A stretch of DNA of 64,000 nucleotides, from contig CDRNVI010000040.1 in NCBI GenBank assembly GCA_977017575.1, positions 1 through 64,000 on the forward strand, written 5' to 3'. A program made the position numbers and the translations under genes. The notes beneath the pieces were generated by a model. It was given only the letters and a program-made list of their open reading frames with translations. It had not been told where the DNA came from and did not search any database. The stretch is from Paramoeba atlantica (Eukaryota > Protista > Discosea). The stretch's first letter is position 1, and the number at the start of each line of letters is the position of its first letter. Of this stretch, positions 20,901-33,400 are shown one piece after another.

Positions 20901-21906
20901 GTGTTTTCTGTGCCGCATATAGTATCCCCTCTGATAAAACCTCCCACGGGTCGGGTCTTCCCTCTCCGATTACTTTGAAAACAGCTTGTTGGGTACATTT
21001 ATTGAATTCCTTGCAAATATTTTCTGATTTTAGGTTGTACCATGGCAAATAATTGCCAGGTTGTGTTTCATTCGCTTTCCACTTAATCTTGAGACGGGTG
21101 ACAACCGAGCAGTGCTGCGTTGGGAAAGGAGCAAGTAAAACTTTATGATGTTGTATTGCTGACGCGTATCGATTGGAAATTATAATATGATCTAATTGTC
21201 TCTCAGCGCCATTGGGAAGTTTACAAGTCCACTTTCGAGAGCTTGGTGAGAGAGTGTGGGCAGACTTGCAACCAACGTCTACAAGTAAGGCGCGAAATCG
21301 TGCTACAGCTGCTTTGTCTTCAGCAGTTTTGTTGACCAGCGTTAAAGGGGAATTAAAATCTCCAATTAAGATCGTAGGTCGTTGGGGGTTCGTGGATTCA
21401 AGATCGCGAACGGCCTTTCTTAAAGAAGCGTCGAAGGTAGATTTCATTTCCTTAGAAGAATCCCTAATGGGACCGTACACATTGAATAGTGTAGCGTTCC
21501 CGTTTTCTCAAGGAAACTGTGCAGTCATAATCCGTTCTGAGATAACCCGCACCTTTTCCAATGGAAAAGTACTAACGAGCGCCATTCCGTTGTAAGAACG
21601 GTCGGACGTTGCTGAGGAAAAATATAAGTAATACGTAACGCCGGTGTCCTCCGTTTGCTCACGTAGAATCTCACCAAAGAGACGAGAATCAAAACGGAAC
21701 CTCGTTTCCTGCAACCCCAGTATGTGAATCCTCTTGCTACTCATAAGGTTCAATATTTCCTTCAATCGGACACACGATCGAATAGAAAACAAATCCCCCC
21801 CCTCTAATTTTAATGAGGTCACATTCAGGGTCGCTATCGACAACTTCTCCTTCACAGCCGAACCATTTTGGTTCTCCAAAGCGCGATCGACATGCTCGCC
21901 GGGCGA
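17979..21906 (-). mobile_element. LINE3: 5'-truncated RTE-like APE-RT-RNase H element with (TG)n tail
   Basis: Minus-strand ORFs 21508-21879, 20272-21480 and 18153-20567 give APE, RT (QGDVLAP, YADD) and RNase H with frame breaks (one at an A7 run near 20280); (CA)n at 17978-17994 on the plus strand. Confidence 0.85.
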
Positions 21907-24900
21907 CGAGATGGACCGAGACCGCCGACCTGAGGCGGGAGCAGTTCGTGAGTGTGGCCAGTCACGAGGTAATCATTTATTGGGGCAGGGGGACCAAGAC
22001 AACCCGTCTGAATCCTTACCGGCCGTACCTCTACGCGATAGTGACTGGACCGGGGACACCCGAACTGGCTCAGTTTGTGGGAAGTTTGAGACCAGGCCAG
22101 CGCCTGTGTTACACGACGGTCCGGGAGATGGACCACAGGATGAATCAACTTCTCGGTCCGGGGTATGGAACACATTCCATAAAAAGAGGTGCAATTACTT
22201 ACCTATTCCACGAGATCTCCCTCGGGAATCTCAGGATGGAGGACGTCCAGAACCTCACGAAACACCTCAACGTCGAATCACTGTTGCGCTACAACGCAAG
22301 CAGTATTACAACGGCAAGGGCTCTCGGGACGCAGAGAGTCTCAGCACGTCTCCCAGTGCTGTAACCTCGGAGCACGTGGCAAAGTGCTTCGAGGAAGTGC
22401 CTTACCTTCGCAGGCACTCCGTTGTTTGTGCATGCCGCTCTTCACGGCTAGCCAAGGCACACGACGCTCACCTACCTTTGCACGTTAAGAAGTCGATACC
22501 TGTTATCCATTTGGATCAGGTTAAGGAGTGGATGAGTCTGTCAGCTGCCACTCGTTTTCGCAAGGTAGTGGATGAATTATTATGGGTACCTAAAGCCCCG
22601 TACCCCGAACCTAGTGTGAAAGGTTCATTGCCTGAGGCGGACGTCCGATTGTTGGAGGACGCAGGCATAATCTCCAAGGTCCCGGCGCAGGAGTTGAGAA
22701 AGCGCCCATCGATGCAGTTCATGATTCCCTTCACGGTTGTGGAGACCGATGATGAGGGCAATCAGCGCAGAAGATTTATTTCATGGACAAGGGACGATAA
22801 CGATAGATTAAAATCATATGAACCAAAGGTCCCATTATATCATCCCTCCAAGTATCTTCATAAGGCGCACGAGCCGATGGCTGTGAAGCGGGACTTCACG
22901 TGTGGATTTTACCAGATTGGTATCCCAAAGAGGGCGCGGCCCAAATTCCGCCTTAGAACGAACAGTGGAGACGTGTTTGAGATGAACGTCCTCCCGATGG
23001 GCCATAGGTGTGCACCGGAGGTTATGCACACGGTTACCGCCGCGATTGCTGGCGAGGCGTCTATTTGTTCTCAGCGCTACTCGTTTCACCGAGGCGCTAT
23101 CGACGTTTATGTTGACGGAGTTCGGTTTGCAGGAACCCACTCCGAGGCCACCACGTACGCTCAGTTCATTGACGAGCGTTGCGACAAGGCGAACGGTCTT
23201 TTTAAAGATCGGGGTCAGCCCCCTGTAGCACAGTACGTGTTCAATGGGGTGGCGTTCGACCATAACGCGCATACGGTCTGCCTGGGGCCGCGAGTGATCA
23301 GGAAACTGCGAGCCGACTCTTTCTTCAACATTTCCTTTGTTGACCTAGAGGCGGTGGTGGGGCGCCTCATTTATGGCTCCGCAGTTCTCCGACTCAATAT
23401 GCCGCGATTTTATTTCGCTTTGAAGGTGGCGCAACGGCGTATCAACTTGTTGAACCGTTGCCCGAAGTTATGTGACCGTCCGGTCGCACTCCCTGTCGTC
23501 ACTCGCTCCATGCTAGCAGAATGGAGAAACGAGTTGCTGGAGAATGTTCCACGGTCTCCACCTCCCCATCCCGATGTTGTTCCACACAAGCATCGTCTCT
23601 ACACCGATGCCTCGGTGAAAGGATGGGGAGCGATTATGTATTTAGACAGCGGAGAGGTTTTGATTACGGGTGAGGCGTGGCCTGAGTCATCCTCGTATGA
23701 GGTGAACCGTGCGGAAGCTGCAGCAGTCCGCTTAGCCCTCGAGAAGTTTTCCGCGCATTGCCCCCGTGGAACCTGCTTGGATGTTTTTGTTGACAACACC
23801 TCCTGTCAGGCTGCACTGAACAGGAGGATCTCCAAGTCAGAGGGGGTTTCAATGGAATTGCGCGAAGTCCTGCGACTGACAGAGGACAAAGGTATTTGTG
23901 TCAAGGCAGCGTACATATCCACGGATGAGAACCCGGCGGATGCTGTCAGTCGCGGGAAGGAGATTGAGAGAGAGAAGGTTGAGAAATATAAAGGCAACAT
24001 CGACAAATACAGCGATAATCAGCATCATCATATTGGTAAGCTAGACAGTCATATTGAAGGAAAACCCTAGGGGACAGGATCACCAAATACAAAAAAAAAA
24101 AAAAAAAAGACAAGAAAAAAAGAAAAAAAACAAAGACAAAAAAAAAAAAAAAAAAAAAAGCGAGCGGACGGGGTCCTGGGGTTTGGAGGTTGTCCCTATA
24201 ATTTTGGAAGGTTATGGATGTTAATCGGTTGACAAACTTTATCCTCACGCCTTGGTTTTCGAAAACAAGGTTCCCCAATGTGAGATAAAGGTGAGTAAAG
24301 TTTTCTTTACTCTGCGATTAGCGCCTTAATGTTTTTAACCGCGTCATTGTTGACACGGCCGTACACCACGCCTAGTTGCTCCACACTTCTAGGTCCCAAG
24401 TTGGTATATGGGCAGAGGTTGAAAGCGTAACCTGTGTAGCTCGTGTGAGCTTGTAAAGGGCGTGGTAATGGACTGGTCATCTATTGCTATCGTTATCCTT
24501 TTGTGAGCTCTGCATGTTTTGATATTTTCTATCTATTAATATTTGACTACGTGATTGGGCATTTTGCGTTTATTGTGACGTGTGTGTGGGCAGGTTGGCC
24601 GAGGGTTCCGGTGGGGGGGAACCCCGTTAACAGAGTAACATTGATTGTGTTGTTTTATGCAGGCTTGTTTCTTTTCCATCTTTGTGCGTGTGAAATGAAT
24701 GAATGATACGTTGTGTCATTTTGAATTACGATTGAGCTATTCATAGTTGTTCATTTATTCATATATGTTATCAGTGTATATGTTTCCAGGGAGCCCCTCG
24801 GCGTGGATTTCTAATAGTTCACGTTTTGAAATTTAGCCGAGGGGCGGCTATATATTTGCCTGCTGGCCCTTCGGGGCACATAATTTTCTCAAATTATGAT

Positions 24901-25230
24901 GTAGTATTCTCTAATTGCATGGAGGGGGGTGTTTACTCGTTTGTTATATTCTTGTTAGGTTGTTATTTTGTTACGTTTAAAGTTTTGTGCCCACCCACCG
25001 AGCCCCCAGCCATTTGGCCGAGGGTTCCGGTGGGGGGGAACCCCGTTAACAGAGTGACATTGATTGTGTTGTTTTATGCAGGCTTGTTTCTTTTCCATCT
25101 TTGTGCGTGTGAAATGAATGAATGATACGTTGTGTCATTTTGAATTACGATTGAGCTATTCATAGTTGTTCATTTATTCATATATGTTATCAGTGTATAT
25201 GTTTCCAGGGAGCCCCTCGGCGTGGATTTC
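21907..25230 (+). mobile_element. V2 copy 2 (5'-truncated; complete RT/RH and right end)
   Basis: Starts inside YR; RT/RH stop at 24070; internal A-tract ~24089-24160; B1 24595-24811, A2 24812-24989, B2 25014-25230. Confidence 0.88.
24595..25230 (+). repeat. B1-A2-spacer-B2 block of V2
   Basis: 217-bp B twice, 178-bp A matching 14864-15041, 24-bp C-rich spacer. Confidence 0.9.
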
Positions 25231-28200
25231 AACCTTGATATCAAATACACTGCCTTCTTTAGCCCAATTGGCGGACCCTGCGCCGGATGCGCAAACAACA
25301 GCCTCCAAGTCCAAACCAGTTGCGCAACCTGAAATTCAGCCAGAAGAGTTCTACGACTGCAGCTCACCCGCGTCAGAGGAGAAAGGACAATCACCCAGCC
25401 CAGGCCGCATACCCTCGCCCCTGCCGCTTGATGAAGTGAATGTAGATTCGACGAACAATGCAGACCGACTAACGCAAATTGTGGACGACATGCGCGCAAA
25501 CGTGAAACCTGAGACTGAGTTCCCATTGACGCCGCAAGAAGTGGAGTCACATACCAGAAATGCTCGGAAAGGCGACGAATGCGTGGTAGCGTGGTGTTTC
25601 GACCAACAAGTATTGTTAAACATCTCTGCTGGCACAGTTCAAACGGCGAGATCAAGGGCAGGTGTACGCAGACTGACTGTAAAATACGACGGCCTACAAG
25701 GACACTGCAAGGAACGAAGCTTCGCGGGATCGATTCCTGCTCAGGAAAGTGTGCGCATCTATAAAATTGTATGGATTAACGTTTTGAATAGAGGCGCTCA
25801 AGACGAGCAAGTCGCGTCTGCAAAAGATATACCGTCTGTGAAGCAAACAGTCGAAGATTTGGATTACGAACCTATTCCTACAGTCAGAAACGTAAGCGCT
25901 GAATTTATACCGTGCGTGGTGTCGGTTTACCGCGATCTTATGAGGGATTATGCAGATTGTGATTATGCTCACCGCTGTCGGATATGGCACAGGGTGCTCT
26001 CCGCGATGAAATACTCGCTGGCAGAATTAAGAGAGCAGTCAGCGCGCAGTCGACGACGTCGCCCAGTGCTTACGCAATCCGAGCTTCAAGAAAGAGAGAA
26101 GGACGCGGATGAAGGGCAATTCGCTGATCGCAGAGCGATAAAAAAAGCCACACGCCTTGTGCTCGAGGGATCGATCTCAAAAGCGGCAAAAGTTCTGGAT
26201 CAGGTCACGGTAATCAACAAATTATCTGACAAAGAAACATTTGCCAAACTCCAAAAACTGCACCCTGCGGCTCCTTGCGTTTTCGAATTACCAGCAGACG
26301 CGACACAGACAGCGATCATAACAACGGAAGAACTCCGCGAGGCAGGTCGTCGATTGGCCAAGGGCGCGGCACCCGGTCCATCTGGGACAACGGACGGTAT
26401 AGTCAGACTGTTGCTCGACGATCAAATCTGTTGCACAGCTCTGTGTCACATGTTACTGGATGTTGTAAATGGAGCGATCTCGAAAGACGTGATGGACAGG
26501 TTGAAGAGGGCAAGGTTAGTCGCCATACCGAAAGCAAATGGAAGGGACGTGCGCCCGGTTGCTGTTGGGGAGATTTTTTTCTAAAATTAGCAGAGATCGT
26601 CTTGTTGCAAAAATATGAACATTGTCTGCCGCCGATTTTTGCTCCGTGGCAATTCGGAGTGGCAACTAAATCAGGATGTGAAACAGTAGTACACCGCCTA
26701 CATAAACTCTATCAGGAAGGACAATCAATCCTAACAATGGACATCAGCAATGCATTCAACACTCCTTGGAGGCAAGACATCGCGAACGCACTCTTCGCGT
26801 TCTCTAGTTTGCGACCGTTCTGGAGGCTTTTTCACGCTCAATATGCCGAGCCGTCGGAGCTGCTGTATTTTGGATCAGACGGAAAGTTACACGACAAAGT
26901 TTTCAGCACAGCAGGAGTTCGACAGGGGTCTCCCCTTTCTACGCTTCTTTTCTGTACAATGATGCAACCCATCCTCGCAACGCTGGCCTTAGAATTTCCC
27001 TCGATCAAAATATTCGCATACATAGACGACATAAACTTTGCTTCGGATGATCCTGCACTCCTAACGAAGGCATTTTATAGAGTGTGGGATTTGTTGAATG
27101 AAAGAAACATGCAAATGGCAAATCATAAATGTGTGTGGTTCGGAGGAACGAAGGGCACGGAAATTCCGGAAGTTCTGCGAATGGCGCAAGTCAACGTAGA
27201 GAAGGACGCAATCAAGGTTCTCGGCGCTTACGTGGGAGAAGACGAAAAGGTAGATCCCCTACTACTAGAAAAGCTACAGAAACATAAAACAATTTTCCGT
27301 CGGTTAAGTCAGATGGGAGCGAGCAACGTATCTACTATCCTGCTCTCTAAATGTGTTAACATTCGTCATCGTTTTCATATTCGCACACACACACCGAACT
27401 CCTCTGAAGCGATGGCAAAGGAGTTTGACGGCGAAGTTGAGAAAGTTCTGAAGACATGGTTCGGACCAATGACGCAAGATCAACTGGACTGGGCAAGGCT
27501 TCCCCTTCGTATGGGTGGGCTGGGCCTGCCTTCTACTGATGCACTCCTGATGCGCAGTGTGGCTTTTGAGCAGCCAAAATTCCTTTCAGCTCAAGTCACG
27601 CCTAGCGAGTCGGACACTGCACCTGTCGCTGAGATGACGGCAGTCGAAGTCAAGATGCACAAAGAAGTGAAGGAGCGCCTTCGGAAGAACAAGAAATTTG
27701 CAAGAATCATGGACGCTACAACGAAGAAGGGTAGTTATACATGGATACAAGCAAACGAGCGACTCGTGCCGTCGCGGAAATTCACCTTAGCAGTAATGCC
27801 CCGCCTGGGAATGGGCCATCCACGTCTTCCCGAATCTCTCACCTGCCCCGGATGCAGAGTTCTTCTAAACAGTGCCACTGCCCTTACACATATTCCGGGT
27901 TGCGTCCGATGTGCGGGAATGAATACAACGGTAAAGCACAACGCACTAGTACGCTATATTCATAATATGTGTCTGCGTGCGGGTATTCCTTGTGAGTTAG
28001 AGCCACGGCAATTCTCCACATATGTGTGCACATCATGCTCCGAGGTGATCCGAGAAGAACGTCGGCGAGAGCACATTGCGACATGCAAAGGCAGCACGCT
28101 ACACCGTTCAGGGCCCGATTTGGTTATTTATTGGGCGACAGGTGAAATCTTCTATGATCTCACCGTCGTACACGATCTGGCACCATCTCTTGCGGGAACA

Positions 28201-28491
28201 ACACCGGCGAAGGCAATCAAAGATGCGATCGCGCGGAAAAACACCAAATACGTCTCATCGAATATGTTCGCCGAGGAGCGATTCGCCTGTTTACCGGTGC
28301 TGTCAAGTGGCTCGTTGCACGCCCGAACTCGGGAGCTGCTACGGCTTCTGGCGGAAAAGATTTCTATTGAGCCCAGCAAGGTGGAAAACGATTTCATACT
28401 TCTCTTGCAGGAGATGAATGGAAACATTCTCCTAGGCCAGCTCAGAAAGTACCTGAGCCAAAGCCATGGGGACGATATTTGCGCTTTTTGA
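25231..28491 (+). pseudogene. CRE-A ORF piece 3: N-terminal module, RT, RLE; frame break at a T7 run (26574-26580)
   Basis: GAAPGPSG, RPVAVGE, WQFGV, RQGSPLS, AYIDD, GGLGL, CPGC, KHNALV, RSGPDL, YDLTVVH. Confidence 0.85.
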
Positions 28492-28830
28492 TGGAATATG
28501 CAGTGAGAATCCGTGGTAGGAAGTCTCATAGTTTACGAAAAGAATTGTTTGAAGAGGATTCGCAGTTTATATCATACAATTATTAAGACAACGTTTAAAA
28601 AAAAAAATAATTCTGTAAAAAAAAAAATTTTGACAGGATGTGTTATCACTACATAATGTATATTGATAATTTGTTTTAACGGGGAATTTGAACATTACAG
28701 AGATGGAGTTTAAATTACTGTTGCAAGAACAAAATGGGCTCGAAGTGTATGCGCAGCTTCGTAGTCACCTGGCCGACAGGAAGGTGCAAGAATTAAGTGT
28801 TTAGTGTGATAATCATAATCTATTAATGTC

Positions 28831-28865
28831 CTTTATTAAGACCTTCACCTTTATTAAGACCTTTA
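28831..28865 (+). repeat. Two-unit 18-bp repeat CTTTATTAAGACCTT
   Basis: Period 18; same TAAGACC core as the long arrays. Confidence 0.7.
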
Positions 28866-28974
28866 GGTAATACAATAGAAGTCTACGCATGGAAATTTAA
28901 CCGAGGGGCTAATATCGGGTCAAATGACCCGGAAGGGGGTTATAATTTTCAAAAAAAAAAAAAAAAAAAAAAAA

Positions 28975-29622
28975 ATACACCATCTTCCAGACCATGGGAG
29001 GGCACCCCCCTCAAATACACTCCTTTTTGTCGGCATCCCCCTTCCCCGTCTCGTCCCATCACCCCCCTGCGCCGCATCCCCCCACCTCACCCTCCCTCCG
29101 CAGTGCGCTTGCCCCCCTGTTGTGTTTCTCTCTCGTGTCCCCCACCCCCGTGTCAGCAGCCAAAAGTATACAATACTTGCTCACGGGGTGGGGGCAGAGT
29201 TCCTGGCAGATGGGCCCGTGCTTCGCCTCCTCTCGCCCCTGCGTCAGTCCCCCCGTGTCTCTCTCCGCGCTCTTCTCCCTCGGCGTGACGACGTCTTTGT
29301 GTTTCGTGGCCTCCACGTCTCCCACCCTCGTACGGCAACCAAAAGTATTTATTACTGCTAACGGGGTGGGAGCGGAGGTGCAGGACCATACGGGCCTGGG
29401 TGCATGCGGATCGGTGAGTGGGGTAGGGAGTGAGGGAAGGGAAGTACGAGAGGGCTAAGAGGAGTAGGTGTGGAAAGTATGGGGAGTAAGGGAAAGTGAA
29501 GGGCCGTAAGTGTGGAAATTGTGGAAAAGTTGGACTCCATACATAAAAAGTTAGACTCAATACTATTCCCCCCAATTATTTGAAGGAAACCCCCAATTAT
29601 TTGCAAAAAAAAAAAAAAAAAA
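28975..29622 (+). other. Probable orphan 3' UTR of a retroelement ending in poly(A)
   Basis: C-rich then G-rich; ends CCCCCAATTATTTGC-A(n), similar to CRE family II ends; ~29385-29605 recurs at ~56671-56868. Confidence 0.4.
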
Positions 29623-29625
29623 TCA

Positions 29626-29697
29626 GAAATCCACGCCGAGGGGGCTCCATGAAACATATAAGTAACAAACAAATATAAGCAAATACCTATGACTAAT
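29626..29697 (-). repeat. Right-end (B) relic of a V2-related YR element, inverted
   Basis: Reverse complement ends TATATGTTTCATGGAGCCCCCTCGGCGTGGATTTC, a diverged V2 B end. Confidence 0.65.
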
Positions 29698-29876
29698 TAA
29701 TAGTTCACGTTTCGAAATTTAGCCGAGGGGCGGCTATATATTTGCCTGCTGGCCCTTCGGGGCACATAATTTTCTCAAATTATGATGTAGTATTCTCTAA
29801 TTGCATGGAGGGGGGTGTTTACTCGTTTGTTATATTCTTGTTAGGTTGTTATTTTGTTACGTTTAAAGTTTTGTGT

Positions 29877-30414
29877 ATGAGATCCCAACGTTTACGGGCT
29901 CCGTCGGAGCCACGCCAGGAGCGCGATAGATCACCGAAGCGGAATAGGGCGCCGACACCCATTCAGACCTCCTCCGTCCAAGACCATTCTAAGCGTCAGT
30001 CCCTTTCGTGCCCTCCCGTGCGCCCCCCTCTCCCCCCTCTCCCCACGCAGCCGGCTCCGCAGGTATCCGCGCGACCTCCTCCGATTCCCCCTACTCCTGT
30101 CCCAGCGCGCCGAAAGGTACGCCCTTCAGGAAGAGCACTCAGCCCCGCCCGCGAACCGCCTAGCCCTCTCCCTTCCAACCTTCCCAGTTTGCCTGCGAGC
30201 TCCCTCCCTAGCCCGTACCCTTTTCCGCTGGAGGCTCCCGAGCCCCATATGCGACGAAGAGGAACCCTTAACCCCGACCAGGTTGCGGCTTCTCGCTCGC
30301 CGCGCCGTTACGAGGCCCTTGACATTGACCACGTCGAGTTGCCGCAGCGTTCACGCTGTGATGCGCGTGGGATCATGACACAATCCAGCAAAGAAGAGTT
30401 CATCACGAAAGTGA
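29877..30414 (+). pseudogene. V2 gag, N-terminal Pro-rich part
   Basis: ATG directly after A1; in frame with 34448 across the AAGTGA(TT) duplication. Confidence 0.75.
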
Positions 30415-30430
30415 TTTCTGTACCTTGTTG
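30415..30430 (+). other. 5'-truncated spliced-leader relic (TTTCTGTACCTTGTTG) at the 5' end of CRE-B
   Basis: Abuts the left target duplication; pyrimidine-rich UTR and ATG at 30460 follow. Confidence 0.8.
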
Positions 30431-30459
30431 ATTTTTACTACTTTGCTTTTCTTTCTTTT

Positions 30460-33400
30460 ATGTCAGAACCTCCCCCGAGGGCGGCGCAAGGCACGCCGTC
30501 GCATCCGCAGCAGAACACTGCAGCAGTGAGGTCCACTGACGTAAAGGAGCACAACTTGAACTTTACGGAACAAGCGAATAGACACGAGATTGGATCATGG
30601 GACCAGTTTGAGGCAAACAAGAAACTCATCCAAGACGCTAGCACGTACGACGACCTCATGTACACAACCCCCATTCCGCAGCATATTCCCCTCAACTGGC
30701 AAAAGAAGATGGAACACAAAGCGCAAAGCATCGAGAAAAACCCAACGTCAGACCACGGCCGCCACAACACGAAAGACGAGGAAACCGCTTTTGCCAGTGT
30801 TCGGAGAAATGAAATTCTACGAAGAAGTCAAACTGGAGAGTCATCCTTGAAAATTAAGATCAGAAAAGAGACACGACTGAAGAAAACTCCGAAAAAGATA
30901 AAAGTGATACTCCGTAGCTCTGATCTAACGAAGGCGAACCTCGGACAAGCGGACATGTCACATGACGAAGGATCGGAGAGCTCATCTGCATCAGGATCAG
31001 ACATCTCGGAGGACGATCGGGTGGCCGAGGTCGCCGAAGAAACAATGAAAGCTCCGGACCAAATACTAAAGATAATCAACGACTGGGGAAAAGGAACTAC
31101 TTGCGAGCTACATTGGAAATTCCGCCACAGCAGTGAGATTTATCAGTCGATTGGAGAAGTTGTTACGCGACATTCTAGAAAAGGTGCAATCAGGGTAAAG
31201 ATTTCCTACACACCGCAGCATCAGCCAGGTCCATCAGGATTTCTATATCTACCTGCATCTCACAAGATTAACATCTTCCGATTACGGGTGGTAAAGCTCA
31301 ACCGTATTGTGACACAAACGCCATTTTTGGATATCGAAGAAACACAAGATTGTGACACGGGATGCGACTTGGAGCTTCTTCCCCCACTCGCCCACATCGA
31401 CCCCACGTTTGCCGCTCACGTCATAGCAATCTTTAGATCAATCCTGCGAGGATATCCCACGCTCAAGCTTATAACAGAGAAAACATCCGTCTGGCACAAG
31501 TTTCTAAACGCACCCCGCGACTCACTCACCACTGTGCGACAAGCGATCCAGCGGAAGTATCATGTGCCAAACAAATTGCGCAACGAGGAGCCGGCGTTCT
31601 CCTCACCTGACGAGAAACTTGAACGTGAAGTCGACCGCCGATCAATCCGCAGTGCGCTTCGAACGGCTAGGGCTGGTAACCTAAGCAAAGCTACGCGTAT
31701 CCTCGACAACGTATATTTTGACTCGAACCTTAGCGTTGAGGAGAAAGTAGCGGAGCTCAAGAGTCTACATCCCGATGGAGAGCGCCCACAAGCTCAGACG
31801 GACGCAGACCCCCGAACAGGAATCATCGAAAAACACGAACTTCGGGCCGCGATAGAGAAACTGGCTCCGGGAGCTTCCCCGGGCCCTACGGGATTGAGTG
31901 AAGCCATGTTGCGCCTACTTGCGGATGACGAGGAATCCAGCACCGCGCTCTGCCATATGTAGTGAACGGGGAGATCGCATCGTCGGTGCGTGACAGACTG
32001 ACACGATGTCGACTAATGGCCATCAACAAACCGCAGAACGGAATACGACCGATTGCAATTGGGGAGACTCTATTGAAAGTATGTGGCTCGATCCTTCTAA
32101 ACAGGAACGAAGAGAAACTGAAGAAATTTTTCCAGCCTGTCCAAAGAGGGATCCTCCAAAAGAATGCGTGCGAGGGAATTGTTCACGAGGTGCTCGATGA
32201 ATATGACAAGGGACACGCCATCTTGGCGATCGATTATAAGAATGCCTACAATACCCCCACGCGTCAAGCAATCTTCGAAGCACTCAAGAAAGACGGCATC
32301 TTCAAGCCTTTCATGCGGATTTTTAATCTTGAGTACGGGGACTCGTCTGATCTGCTCTTCTTTGCCAATAACTCGCCCCATTCGATCGTGAAGAGCACTT
32401 CTGGCGTTCGACAGCGCTCAGCGCTTTCGTCACTATACTTCTGTGCCCTGATACAGGATTCGCTCAAAGAAATCGAAGAGTCCTTTCCAGATGTAACGGT
32501 TCGAGCGTACATGGACGACATAACCTTGTCATCAACAAATCCCCTATCCTTGCAGACCGCCTTTCTACACCTGCACGAATCTTCACGACTTCTGGGACTG
32601 GAAATGAACTTCCAGAAATGCGAATGGTTCAAGAAAACAGACACTCCATGGACGCCCCAAACTCTGCAAGCGATGGGGGTAGCCTGCCCGCAAGAAACAG
32701 TGAAAATTCTAGGTGCATATATCGGACAGGACGAGATGGTAAGTGAATGCCTAAAGAAAAAGATGGACAAACACAAGTGTCTCTTTCGCCGTCTTCGACT
32801 CATGGGACCGAGCAACCTATCCCTCGCAATTCTGAATCGGTGCGCCATCCCCCGTCAAGACTATCACCTCCGAGTACACAAGCCCGAAGCATCCCTTGAA
32901 ATCGCCCAGCAGTTCGACGCGGAAGTAGGCAGTATTATTCAGCATTGGTTTAATGCAACGGGCCCTACTGCAAAACTCGCCACACTTCCGCAATATCTCG
33001 GCGGACTCGGACTTACTCCGTCATGTTTGAAGCAAAAGCACTTTTTCCAAGCGTCTCGCAAAGCCATTGAAGAGCAATCCAAAACCAATAACGCTCCGGT
33101 GGTCATAGCGGGATCCAAGCGAAACAGGGCTCTGAACGAACGTGGCAGCCAGAAGAATGATACTTCCAAGCGATTAGTCATGAAAGCAATACGATCTGAA
33201 CAAAAACGATTTGCAACCGAGCTGAGAAAGGACATGCGCCTCAAAGAACTAATGGAGCGAGGATCCGCATCATTTCACCACCTGCAATCAACCAGCAACT
33301 ACATCAATCCGTACCTCTTCCGTTTCTGTATAATGATGCGCCTGGGAATAGTGCCAGAAAATATGCCTAAGAGTGTGGTATGCCCGGGATGCCTGACAGA

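Larger units (their letters stand above)
8178..28491 (+). mobile_element. CRE-A: CRE family I element split into three pieces by LINE1 and the V2 composite
   Basis: Pieces 8251-8402, 14112-14863 and 25231-28491 join in frame (..GPPP-LELSA-PPPP..; ..MKPIA-TLISNT..). Confidence 0.8.

Noticed and set aside
26570-26585. Programmed -1 frameshift at T TTT TTC in CRE-A
   Set aside because: Homologues read through this motif (IAIGETLLK) in one frame; a homopolymer indel from sequencing or decay is simpler, as at ~20280.
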